64,000 nucleotides of DNA from a bacterium (GTDB taxonomy: Bacteria; Zhuqueibacterota; Zhuqueibacteria; Residuimicrobiales; Krinioviventaceae). Positions 28,425 through 37,715 of the stretch are shown here, one piece after another. The notes under the pieces are model-generated. The model did not search any database. It saw only the letters and a program-made list of their open reading frames with translations, and had not been told where the DNA came from. Within the stretch, counting starts at the first letter, position 1; each line of letters opens with the position of its first letter. The DNA lies in assembly GCA_963675755.2 (NCBI GenBank), contig CAXXMD010000003.1, forward strand, positions 1,664,001-1,728,000, read 5' to 3'. The position numbers and the translations under genes are program-made.

Positions 28425-30590
28425 GTGGACGAGAAACAAATGTTTGCGCTCATTGCGCAAGAGCTCAATATATCCGTGAACCAGGTCCGTAATACCGTAG
28501 ACCTGCTGGACAATGACAATACCGTGCCCTTTATCGCCCGTTACCGTAAAGAGGTGACCGGCAGTCTGGATGAAGAGCAGATTCGGGATGTATGGGACCG
28601 TATTCGCTATTTGCGCAATCTGGAAGAACGTAAACAGACCGTGCTGAAAAGCATCGATGAGCAGGGCAAACTGACCCCCGAGCTGGCAGATAAAATCAAT
28701 GCCGCTGAAAAATTGCAGGAAGTAGAAGACCTGTACCTGCCTTATAAACCCAAACGCCGTACACGGGCCACCATAGCCAAAGAAAAGGGACTTGAACCGC
28801 TGGCAGAATTGATCCTGAAACAGGAAACTACAACCGGTACACCCGAAGAATATGCCGCAGCGTATATTAATGAAGAAAAAGAGGTGACCTCAGCGGATGA
28901 CGCACTACAAGGAGCGCGCGATATTGTTGCCGAAATCATTTCAGATAATGCCGAGGTCCGCAAGACCATCCGTGAGCGTACTTTTGAAAAAGGCGTGTTG
29001 GCCTCCGAAGCACGAAATATCAATGATGTGGGTGATTATGATGTATATAAAGAGTTTTCTGAGCCGGTAAAATCCATTCCCGAATACCGGGTACTGGCCA
29101 TCAACCGCGGAGAGCGGGAAAGCTTTCTGCGAGTTGAAGTAGAGGTGAACGAAAGTGAAATGATCTACGAGATTGAACAGGCTTTTGTCAGCAATCCTAA
29201 AAGCATCTTTACCGATGATCTTAAGGCCGCTATTGCAGATGCTTACGGCAGACTCATTTCTCCGGCAATCGAGCGCGAAGTGCGAGCGGCGTTGACAGAA
29301 AAAGCGGACGAGCATGCTATTGCTGTTTTCGCACGCAACCTCAAAGCCTTGCTCATGACACCACCCCTGCGTGACAAGATGATTGTGGGTATTGATCCCG
29401 GTTACCGTACCGGATGTAAAGTGGCAGTCATTGATGGTACCGGCAAATACCTGGAAGGCGAGACCATTTATCCTCATCCACCACAGAATCGTTGGATGCA
29501 GGCCAAAGATACAGTACGGACATTGATTGAAAAATACCATGCGGATATCGTTGCTATTGGTAACGGTACTGCGAGCCGTGAAACAGAAAAATTGGCAGCA
29601 GAGCTGATTGGAGAAATGGACCGTGAAGTATATTACACCATTGTAAATGAAGCGGGCGCATCTGTTTATTCTGCATCTCCGGTAGCGAAAAAAGAATTCC
29701 CCGAGCTGGAAGCATCCATGCGCGGGAATATATCCATTGCACGTCGGTTGCTTGATCCCATGTCTGAATTGGTGAAAATTGATCCCAAATCCATTGGCGT
29801 AGGACTCTATCAGCATGATGTAAACCAGGGACATCTTTCAGAAGCGTTGGACCAGGTTGTAGAATCCGCAGTGAACCAGGTGGGTGTAGATCTCAATACC
29901 GCTTCCGCGTCTTTGTTGAAATATGTTGCTGGTGTTAACAGTCGCGTTGCTGATAATATTGTAAAATACCGTGAAGAAAACGGCAGGTTTCACAGTCGTA
30001 TTGAGCTGAAAAAAGTCAAAGGATTGGGAGACAATGCGTTTGTTCAGTCGGCGGGATTTTTACGCATTCCGGAAAGCGATGTGTTTTTTGATCGTACTGC
30101 TGTTCACCCTGAATCTTATCCTGCTACGGAAAAGTTGCTTTCTGAATTGCAGGTGCCTGTAGAATCTATTCGTTCTGATGGTCAGGTCATTAAACTGAAA
30201 ATGAAATCGTCTAAAAAATCCATCAGAGATCTTGCAGAGGTTTGTGGCTGTGGTCCTGAAACGCTGAGCGATATTATTGACAGTCTCGAAAAGCCCAATC
30301 GGGATCCCCGTGACGATATGCCGAAACCCATTCTTCGCAACGATGTACTGAGTATGGACGATTTGTCCGAAGGCATGGTATTAAAAGGCACCGTGCGCAA
30401 TGTTGTGGATTTTGGAGCGTTTGTGGACATTGGCGTAAAACAGGATGGTCTGGTGCACCTCAGCCGCATGGCCAAACAGTTTGTGAAAAATCCATTGGAT
30501 ATTGTCAAGGTAGGTGATATTGTAGAAGTTAAGGTTATTACTATTGACAGAGAACGCGGACGTATCGGTCTCAGTATGGTGATGGACTGA
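28425..30590 (+). CDS. tex: Tex family RNA-binding transcriptional accessory protein
   Basis: NTVPFIARYRKEVTG, GIDPGYRTGCK, NEAGASVYSAS, IGVGLYQHDV, C-terminal S1 domain. Confidence 0.95.
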   Translation: MDEKQMFALIAQELNISVNQVRNTVDLLDNDNTVPFIARYRKEVTGSLDEEQIRDVWDRIRYLRNLEERKQTVLKSIDEQGKLTPELADKINAAEKLQEVEDLYLPYKPKRRTRATIAKEKGLEPLAELILKQETTTGTPEEYAAAYINEEKEVTSADDALQGARDIVAEIISDNAEVRKTIRERTFEKGVLASEARNINDVGDYDVYKEFSEPVKSIPEYRVLAINRGERESFLRVEVEVNESEMIYEIEQAFVSNPKSIFTDDLKAAIADAYGRLISPAIEREVRAALTEKADEHAIAVFARNLKALLMTPPLRDKMIVGIDPGYRTGCKVAVIDGTGKYLEGETIYPHPPQNRWMQAKDTVRTLIEKYHADIVAIGNGTASRETEKLAAELIGEMDREVYYTIVNEAGASVYSASPVAKKEFPELEASMRGNISIARRLLDPMSELVKIDPKSIGVGLYQHDVNQGHLSEALDQVVESAVNQVGVDLNTASASLLKYVAGVNSRVADNIVKYREENGRFHSRIELKKVKGLGDNAFVQSAGFLRIPESDVFFDRTAVHPESYPATEKLLSELQVPVESIRSDGQVIKLKMKSSKKSIRDLAEVCGCGPETLSDIIDSLEKPNRDPRDDMPKPILRNDVLSMDDLSEGMVLKGTVRNVVDFGAFVDIGVKQDGLVHLSRMAKQFVKNPLDIVKVGDIVEVKVITIDRERGRIGLSMVMD

Positions 30591-30594
30591 TTTT

Positions 30595-31731
30595 ATGAAA
30601 GTTTGTGTATTTACAACCGTTCATCGTCCCTTTGATGTACGTGTATTTCATAAACAGGCCTGTTCACTTGCAAAAGCCGGACACCAGGTAACACTGCTGG
30701 CCCATGCCGATTTTGAGCAGGAAGAACGTTTTGGCGTAACGGTCAAGGGTGTGAAACGACCGACAAACCGGTTTTTCAGGTTGTTAAATGTGTTCCGTTT
30801 TGCGTCACTCTGCATCAAAGAAAAAGCGGATGTCTATCATTTTCATGACTTTGAATTGCTGCCCGTTGGCGTTTTCCTGAAATGGGTCACACGAAAAAAC
30901 GTAATCTATGATTGTCATGAGAATTTTCCCGAAGCGGTGTATGAGCGGGTTTGGTATCCCAACTGGCTCAAGCCCATGCTTTCACGCTTTATTGCATTTA
31001 TAGAACCGGCCATGGCAAAGAAACTGGATGCGGTGGTTTGCGTTGTACCTGACCAGCAAAAGCGATTTGATGACAAGGGCTGTAAAACCATCATGGTACG
31101 AAACCTGCCCAAACTGGACCAGTTTGATAAAGCTTTGGCAAAAAATCTGCCCCGACAAAACCGGTTAATTTATCTGGGTGGTCTTACAATCGTCCGGGGT
31201 GCCAGGGTTTTAGTGGACATGATTGCAGAGCTGCATAAAACCCATCCCGATGTAAAGCTGTTGCTGTTGGGACCATTCAATGAACCTCATGTTGAAACCG
31301 AGACTAAAGCCTATATACAGGAAAAGAATCTGGATACTGTTATAGAGCACATCAACTTTGTACCTCACGAAGAGGTGCCGGAATACCTGGTACAATCCCA
31401 AATTGGACTTATCCCCTGGCAAAAGAACCAGCAAATGCTGCGGATGATTTTTCCCAACAAAGTTTTCGAGTATATGGCTTGCGCGTTACCGGTAATTGCC
31501 AGTGACTTGCCCAGCCTGGTCAGGATATTCGGAGAATCCCAAAGTGGAGTAGTAGTCGGTTCGGATGATATAAAAGCTTATGCAGAGGCGGCGGCATCAT
31601 TACTGGATAATCCTGCAAAACTAACTGAAATGGGCGAGCAGGGAAGAGAATATTGTAAATCCACATACAATTGGGAGCTGGAAGCAGCCACGTTATTATC
31701 TTTTTATGAAACCTTAAAGCCGGCATCTTGA
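30595..31731 (+). CDS. Glycosyltransferase family 4
   Basis: DVRVFHKQ, YHFHDFEL, YDCHE, PNKVFEYMACALPVIASD. Confidence 0.92.
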   Translation: MKVCVFTTVHRPFDVRVFHKQACSLAKAGHQVTLLAHADFEQEERFGVTVKGVKRPTNRFFRLLNVFRFASLCIKEKADVYHFHDFELLPVGVFLKWVTRKNVIYDCHENFPEAVYERVWYPNWLKPMLSRFIAFIEPAMAKKLDAVVCVVPDQQKRFDDKGCKTIMVRNLPKLDQFDKALAKNLPRQNRLIYLGGLTIVRGARVLVDMIAELHKTHPDVKLLLLGPFNEPHVETETKAYIQEKNLDTVIEHINFVPHEEVPEYLVQSQIGLIPWQKNQQMLRMIFPNKVFEYMACALPVIASDLPSLVRIFGESQSGVVVGSDDIKAYAEAAASLLDNPAKLTEMGEQGREYCKSTYNWELEAATLLSFYETLKPAS

Positions 31732-32432
31732 AATTAACCGTTTTACAACCCGCGTATTTTCCTTCTATAGACCAGATCGGCAAGCTATTGTCAGCGGATA
31801 AAGTGATTTGGGCGGACCCGTTTTATTTTCATAAACATGGCAATATTAACCGCACACGCATTAAAACCATTGCCGGTCCCAAGTGGTTGACCATTCCGGT
31901 TTTATCTCCCGGAATCAAGACACCTATTACAGAGGTGTTGATCGATAACCATGAAGACTGGCAGCAGCGGCATCGTCGTTCACTCGAACTGAATTATAAA
32001 AATTCGGCTTATTATTATTTCTATTGTGACGCATTGATGGCTATGCTGCAATCACCCCAAAACGCGCTAAATCCTTTTCTTATAAAGGGATTGAAGTTGG
32101 CTTTATCCTGGCTCAAAGTGGATTCAAAGATTGTAGCTTCTACAGGATTACCTCAAATTTCAGATCGTAATGAGCGAATTGTTGCCTGGTGTGAGCAAAC
32201 AGGCTGCGATACGTTTATAATCGAGCCCTTTGAAAAAGACCTGCTTGACCTGGAGTGGCTCTCTAAAAAGGGGATTGTTTTGAAGGAATTTTCTATAGAA
32301 ACAGTAACCTATTTTCAGCAATATCCGGATTTTTATTTCCCATTATCCGTTCTTGATTTGCTGTTCAATGAGGGAGAGATGGCACCTGCATTGATTAAAG
32401 CAAAAAGTATTCTGAAAAAAATAGTTATATAA
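31728..32432 (+). CDS. WbqC family protein
   Basis: LQPAYFP, NRTRIK..WLTIPV, YFQQY..LSVLDLLFNEG; TTG start overlaps the upstream stop. Confidence 0.85.
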   Translation: MKLTVLQPAYFPSIDQIGKLLSADKVIWADPFYFHKHGNINRTRIKTIAGPKWLTIPVLSPGIKTPITEVLIDNHEDWQQRHRRSLELNYKNSAYYYFYCDALMAMLQSPQNALNPFLIKGLKLALSWLKVDSKIVASTGLPQISDRNERIVAWCEQTGCDTFIIEPFEKDLLDLEWLSKKGIVLKEFSIETVTYFQQYPDFYFPLSVLDLLFNEGEMAPALIKAKSILKKIVI

Positions 32433-32452
32433 AATCTAGCCTGTCAAAGCAC

Positions 32453-35400
32453 TTATTTTAAAAGTATCATTTTTTTAACATCTAAAAAATCCCCAGCCTT
32501 GATTTTAACAAAATATAAACCATTTGAATAGTTTGTTGCATCCCAGTGTGTTTTATAATGACCCCCATGTTTGTAACAAGATAAAAGTACTTTTACTAAT
32601 TGTCCATTACTGTTGTAAATAGAGAGCTCAACAAATTCCGATTTTGGTAAATCAAAACTGATATGTGTAACCGGATTAAAGGGGTTGGGATAATTTTGAT
32701 ATAAACCAAAGGATTTGGGTAATAGAGTGTTGTCGTCAAGACCAGTTGTAGTATTTACGACAATTAATTTCTTTTTAACCATTGAGTCAATGTTATCTAA
32801 ACCCGAGATTTCAAGAGAGACCGTAAAAGTGTCCGTTTTTTCAAATGTATGAGAAGGGTTTTGTAGCCTGCTGGAGAATCCATCACCAAAGTCCCAAAGC
32901 CAGGATTTTACTGTACCCTTTGAGGTGTCTTGAAATTTTGCAGGAAACGGTAAAGTACCACCGGTTGTATCAACAGTAAAATCTGCAATTAATGATTGTA
33001 ATGGTACAGAACCTGTGTTTTGACTATTAAATTGATATTCCGGCCATTGGCCTCTACTTTGCGTGTTTGTTTGAAGAGCGTGTACTATACCTTCTGAAGT
33101 TATAAAAACAAGTAAACCCTTATTGTTGATAGCGGCAGATGTCGATATTTCCCCCTCGGTTTGATAAGAAAATAGCTCCTCCCCTTGTGGATTGATGGAA
33201 TAAAAAATCCCATCAACAGTTCCAAAATATATATTCCCTTCTTCATCAATAACAGGAGGAGTTTTTATAAATCTTTCTGTGTCAAAAACCCATCTTGTTG
33301 TCCCATCGGGATTCAAAGATAAAAGTCTGCCAGTAAAGTTATTGTTGAATATTCCAATGTAGAGTGTTCCATCTGCTGCTATTACAGGCATTGTAAATGA
33401 ATCCAGATAAAAAGCATAATCCCAATAAAGAGTGCCATCTGGATTTAAAGCTATGAGTTTATTATAACTATTTCTATTATAAACATATTTAAGGCAATAA
33501 TATATGGTTCCATCTGCACCAATGGTTGGTGGATGAGAAAATGACACGAATTCTTTAATTCCTTTGTTCCATTTTAAAGAACCATCAGAAGAAAGGGCAT
33601 ATAATTTATCATTTTTACAACTAAAATAAATTGAACCGTCTTTCGCCAATGCGGGAGTTGATTCAAGATTGTGTAAGATGGGTGATTGCCATTTTAAATT
33701 TCCATCGCTGGTAAGGCAATAAAAATTTTTATCATTAGAACCGAAATATATCAAGCTGTCAGGCCCAACTAAAGGAGAAGTCTCAATGTTGCCTCTAGTT
33801 AAATATGACCATTTTTCAGTTCCATCTTGATTTAAAGCATATAAATTATTGTCGTTCGTACCAAAAAATATTGTTCCATCATGTCCAATTGCAGCAGAAG
33901 CAGTAACAAATCCGCCCACATTTTTTGTCCATTTTACGGTACCATCTTCATTTAATGTTATAATACGTTCATCAGGATATGAGCCGTTACCACCAAAATA
34001 TGTTATAGAATTATCATTGTTTATGACAGGAGCTGTGACAACTTTTAATCCTGTTTCATACTTCCATTCCAGATTATTATAAAATAAAGTAATGGTTTCT
34101 GAACTTTTATGGTTTTGGTTGTCTGATACAGTTAATCCTACAAGATAATTACCATATTTTTTATTTGTAAAAGAAACGTTTATAGTACTTGAAGTCGAGT
34201 CGACAAGCTTTATTGAACTCCCTTGAGGTTGTTGTACAATTCGCCATAAATACGATAATTCACCACCATTGGAATTTATTGAACTCCTCCCATCCAAGGT
34301 AAATTCTTCACCATTTTTAACCAGTATCGTATCTTGAGTTAGTATTGCTTTTGGATTGTTGATCAATTCACCACAACCTGTATTTTGATTGTTTCTCATA
34401 AAAGTTGGCCAATTACTTGCCAGTAATCCCTTACTGCTACTCGACAAGGCATAATTGGTATTGCTCAAAGTCCTAAAATATAATGTTCCATTATCTCCTA
34501 TTAAGGGGCTGCTTATAATACTACTATCTGCTTCAAATGTCCACCGTGTTGAACCATCTGGATTCAGAGCGTACAAAATATTTTTTGAAGAACCAAAATA
34601 TATCGTGCTATCGGAGCCTAATGTTATTTGATTTTGGATTATTCCATCTGTTTCAAAGGTCCATTTTAACAACCCGTTGTTGTTTAAGACATTTAATAAT
34701 CCTTTTGCTCGATCAACAAAATATACTGAACCCTCTAAATCAATAACCGGGGGAATAAAAATACCTTGTTCTATGAAATATGACCATTTAATCGAACCAT
34801 CCGGATTTAATGCATAAAGATAGTTATTAAAAGAGCCAACATATAGAGTACCATCTTTTCCTATTGCTGGTGTTAGCAATTTCCCTTGATTCGAAAAAGA
34901 CCATTTTTCATTTCCATCGGAATTAAATGCAAGCAATAGGTAGTTTTCAGATATACAATAAATACTTCCATCAGTTCCAATAACAAATGATGTCAAGTTT
35001 ACATAATTTGTAGTTTTGTCCCATTTTAAAGATCCATCAGAATTTATTGCATAAATATTACCATTAGTAGAACCAAAATATAATGTTCCATCATTAGATT
35101 GAGCAAGGGTTGAAAGTATCATGCTATTTGTATGAAAGGACCATTTTTCAGTAAAATCTGTATTTAGAGCAAGTATATCATAACCATTTACAATGTAAAT
35201 TGTTTCATTGTTACCAATTAATAGATTCTGGTAACTTTCCATATTTTCAGATGAATAAATTTTATTACCATCACTATCTAAAACAAAAAAGCCTTCATCC
35301 AGGCTGCATAGATAAAGATTTCCATTAGTATCTAAAATGGGTGATAATGTTTGGTAATTACCACAATTATATTCCCATTTGACAGTCCCTTCTTGAGAGA

Positions 35401-35455
35401 ATATCTGGATTGAAAATAGTAAAATGAATAAACAAAACTTGAAAAAAGTATTCAT
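32453..35455 (-). CDS. Secreted protein with two PQQ-like beta-propellers, PKD-like domains and a T9SS-type CTD
   Basis: Many IGxDGTLYxG..LYALNPDGSxKW repeats in two blocks, SWLWDFGDG..QNPSHTF PKD, NYPNPFNP CTD. Confidence 0.88.
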   Translation of the reverse strand: MNTFFKFCLFILLFSIQIFSQEGTVKWEYNCGNYQTLSPILDTNGNLYLCSLDEGFFVLDSDGNKIYSSENMESYQNLLIGNNETIYIVNGYDILALNTDFTEKWSFHTNSMILSTLAQSNDGTLYFGSTNGNIYAINSDGSLKWDKTTNYVNLTSFVIGTDGSIYCISENYLLLAFNSDGNEKWSFSNQGKLLTPAIGKDGTLYVGSFNNYLYALNPDGSIKWSYFIEQGIFIPPVIDLEGSVYFVDRAKGLLNVLNNNGLLKWTFETDGIIQNQITLGSDSTIYFGSSKNILYALNPDGSTRWTFEADSSIISSPLIGDNGTLYFRTLSNTNYALSSSSKGLLASNWPTFMRNNQNTGCGELINNPKAILTQDTILVKNGEEFTLDGRSSINSNGGELSYLWRIVQQPQGSSIKLVDSTSSTINVSFTNKKYGNYLVGLTVSDNQNHKSSETITLFYNNLEWKYETGLKVVTAPVINNDNSITYFGGNGSYPDERIITLNEDGTVKWTKNVGGFVTASAAIGHDGTIFFGTNDNNLYALNQDGTEKWSYLTRGNIETSPLVGPDSLIYFGSNDKNFYCLTSDGNLKWQSPILHNLESTPALAKDGSIYFSCKNDKLYALSSDGSLKWNKGIKEFVSFSHPPTIGADGTIYYCLKYVYNRNSYNKLIALNPDGTLYWDYAFYLDSFTMPVIAADGTLYIGIFNNNFTGRLLSLNPDGTTRWVFDTERFIKTPPVIDEEGNIYFGTVDGIFYSINPQGEELFSYQTEGEISTSAAINNKGLLVFITSEGIVHALQTNTQSRGQWPEYQFNSQNTGSVPLQSLIADFTVDTTGGTLPFPAKFQDTSKGTVKSWLWDFGDGFSSRLQNPSHTFEKTDTFTVSLEISGLDNIDSMVKKKLIVVNTTTGLDDNTLLPKSFGLYQNYPNPFNPVTHISFDLPKSEFVELSIYNSNGQLVKVLLSCYKHGGHYKTHWDATNYSNGLYFVKIKAGDFLDVKKMILLK

Positions 35456-35612
35456 TTCCCCGCCTTTACAATACTATATAATTGATTTGATTGTTAGAGA
35501 GATATAAATTCCCATTGATCAATTATACTAATAAAAAGTAATAAAACAAATAGATTTTAAGGGTAAAATATGGTGGTAGATAACTTAATTATTTAGGTAA
35601 AAACTACAATAT

Positions 35613-36533
35613 TTAATCCTGGCTGGCATGGACTGCGCGCACAATGCTTTCCGCAACCAATTCACAAGCCATTGCACCTGCAAGGTTAATATCCAGTTGT
35701 TTTTCCCCACAAGACATTGCAAAAACAATATCCCCGTCATAAAGGGTATGTGCCGGCCGAATAGTTCTTGCAAATCCATCCTGAGCCATTTGTGCGATTT
35801 TGATGCAATCTTCTTTATTAAATTCAGCGTTGGTAGCTACAACAGACAGGGTTGTGTTTGCCGATGGAAAGTTGGGATCTGACATTTGTTCCATAAGCTT
35901 GAGCGATTCAACATAATCGGTACCGTCATTGGTTTTGGCTCCCGCAAGAATGGCATTGGTTTCGGGATCTATGACTTCACCCAGGGGATTAACCACGGTC
36001 AGTACGCCAATGACAACACCATTTGAAAAGGAATGAGAACAGGTCCCAATTCCGCCTGCTGAGGCATAGGCTTGTCCACGAATCTTGCCAACGGTAGCAC
36101 CGCAACCCGCACCAATGAGGCCTTCACGAAATTCTTTGTGAGAAGCATTAATACAGGCGTCATAACCCATCTTTTCATCAGGTCGAACAGATGCGTCGCC
36201 TACGGCAAGATCAAAAATTACGGCAGCCGGAACAATGGGTATTTTCGCTACGCCTACATCATAACCCATTTCAATGGATTCCAGGTAACGTTGAACACCT
36301 GCGGCAGCATTTAAACCAAAGGCACTGCCGCCTGTCAATAAAATACCATGAATGTGATTGATTAAACGTACAGGCTGAAGAACTTCTGTCTCCCGGGTAC
36401 CGGGTGCTGATCCCCGAATATCTATACCGGCTACAGATTCTTTTTCAGGAAGAATAACCGTACATCCTGTTTTTGCAGATGTGTTTTGAGAGTGCCCAAC
36501 CCGAATCCCCGGTACGTCACATATTGAACTCAA
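35613..36533 (-). CDS. P1/S58 family peptidase (DmpA/NylC/ThnT-like)
   Basis: VPGIRVGH, RGSAPGTRET, LTGGSAFGL, GAGCGATVGK, N-TTL autoprocessing site, HTLYDGD. Confidence 0.88.
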   Translation of the reverse strand: MSSICDVPGIRVGHSQNTSAKTGCTVILPEKESVAGIDIRGSAPGTRETEVLQPVRLINHIHGILLTGGSAFGLNAAAGVQRYLESIEMGYDVGVAKIPIVPAAVIFDLAVGDASVRPDEKMGYDACINASHKEFREGLIGAGCGATVGKIRGQAYASAGGIGTCSHSFSNGVVIGVLTVVNPLGEVIDPETNAILAGAKTNDGTDYVESLKLMEQMSDPNFPSANTTLSVVATNAEFNKEDCIKIAQMAQDGFARTIRPAHTLYDGDIVFAMSCGEKQLDINLAGAMACELVAESIVRAVHASQD

Positions 36534-37684
36534 TTTATCATTCCTGAACCGTTTTCCTGGTCCTTTTTAGTAACAATATTAAATTTTTTACGGCTTGGCA
36601 GTTCAAGTATCAGGCTTTTATCGTTAAAGAAAAAGAGATCGCTAATGGCAAGGCCAATTTGTTTGCGAAGGGGTTTCCAGTTGTCACGATATGCCTGGGT
36701 ATCGATGTTGGTGCCGTTTTTGTCTTTACTGATCAGGAAAACCCGTTCCGGGTGGCGCCGATCAATAAGAAATGGTGAGTGGGTCGTATATAGAATCTGA
36801 TTATTTACAGATAATTCTTCAAGAACCTGAATTAAATCTTTTTGTCCTGCCGGATGCAAATGAATGCCTGGCTCATCGATTAAAAAGACATAGTCGGTTG
36901 AACGGTCTTCAAAGGTTTTGGTGATAAAGTTGACATAAAAAGAGAGGTACCAGCGAAAGCCCAGACTGCGTGATTCCGGTGGATCTAATACCGTCGTTGA
37001 ATCCGCAAAGTCAATATACAGCACATTTCCGTTGATATGGAGTTTAATCTCTATGGACTGTTCCTGAGACCATACCCTGCGAATTTGTTCTGTAATAATA
37101 CGGCTTGCTTCTTCAGCTGCACGTCTGCCTCGTGAGCTGTCTTCAAAAATCAGATCGTAATCATCAATATTGCCAATTCTTAACAGATTCTTTTCTGTTG
37201 AAAATTCTGCACTGTTAGATATCAGGCTTTCATAGTTGACCTTGTTTTTAAGCAGAGGTATTTCACTGAAATAAATGATTTTTGGCAAAGCCTGCATCAG
37301 TTTTTTCATGTCTACTTTATCAAACTCTTCATCTCCAATATAGAGATGATAGTTTGATATATCCGGGCCATCTCTTTTAATTCGAAAGCTGGTTACATCT
37401 TTGAATACGTCGGAAACTAATAATAATTTACGACGATTTTCTTTGGAAAAATTTGAAAATTCGAGTATAATTTCGGGGCATTTGCCTTCATGATAATGAC
37501 TTGAATATTGGCAAGTAATTGAACTGTCAAAGGGCACATCGGTACGGAATGCTTCAACAGATTTTAACAGATTTGTTTTTCCATTTTCGTTTGCGCCAAT
37601 GAAAACATTGATCTTGGGATCAAGGGGTACGGAAAGATCGTAAATCGACTTGAACGCTTTGACCGATATTTTACTAATATTCAT
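36530..37684 (-). CDS. ABC/AAA_15-type ATPase (OLD-family-like, no Toprim domain)
   Basis: Walker A GANENGKT, signature SRSLGFRW, Walker B LIDEPGIHLHP, TTHSPF. Confidence 0.82.
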   Translation of the reverse strand: MNISKISVKAFKSIYDLSVPLDPKINVFIGANENGKTNLLKSVEAFRTDVPFDSSITCQYSSHYHEGKCPEIILEFSNFSKENRRKLLLVSDVFKDVTSFRIKRDGPDISNYHLYIGDEEFDKVDMKKLMQALPKIIYFSEIPLLKNKVNYESLISNSAEFSTEKNLLRIGNIDDYDLIFEDSSRGRRAAEEASRIITEQIRRVWSQEQSIEIKLHINGNVLYIDFADSTTVLDPPESRSLGFRWYLSFYVNFITKTFEDRSTDYVFLIDEPGIHLHPAGQKDLIQVLEELSVNNQILYTTHSPFLIDRRHPERVFLISKDKNGTNIDTQAYRDNWKPLRKQIGLAISDLFFFNDKSLILELPSRKKFNIVTKKDQENGSGMIN

Positions 37685-37715
37685 ATACTGGTCCCCATTT
37701 ACCTCAGTTTAATGA

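Noticed and set aside
28941-29834. 297-aa ORF on - strand
   Set aside because: Antisense shadow of tex.
32453-35455. Recurring gttccatc/ccatttt DNA motifs suggesting a CRISPR or tandem array
   Set aside because: They encode DGT/KW propeller repeats; there are no identical repeats with unique spacers.
36530-37684. Calling the ATPase a complete anti-phage system or a frameshifted pseudogene
   Set aside because: No nuclease, helicase or retron partner is adjacent, and the next gene starts at its stop codon, leaving no room for a shifted Toprim.
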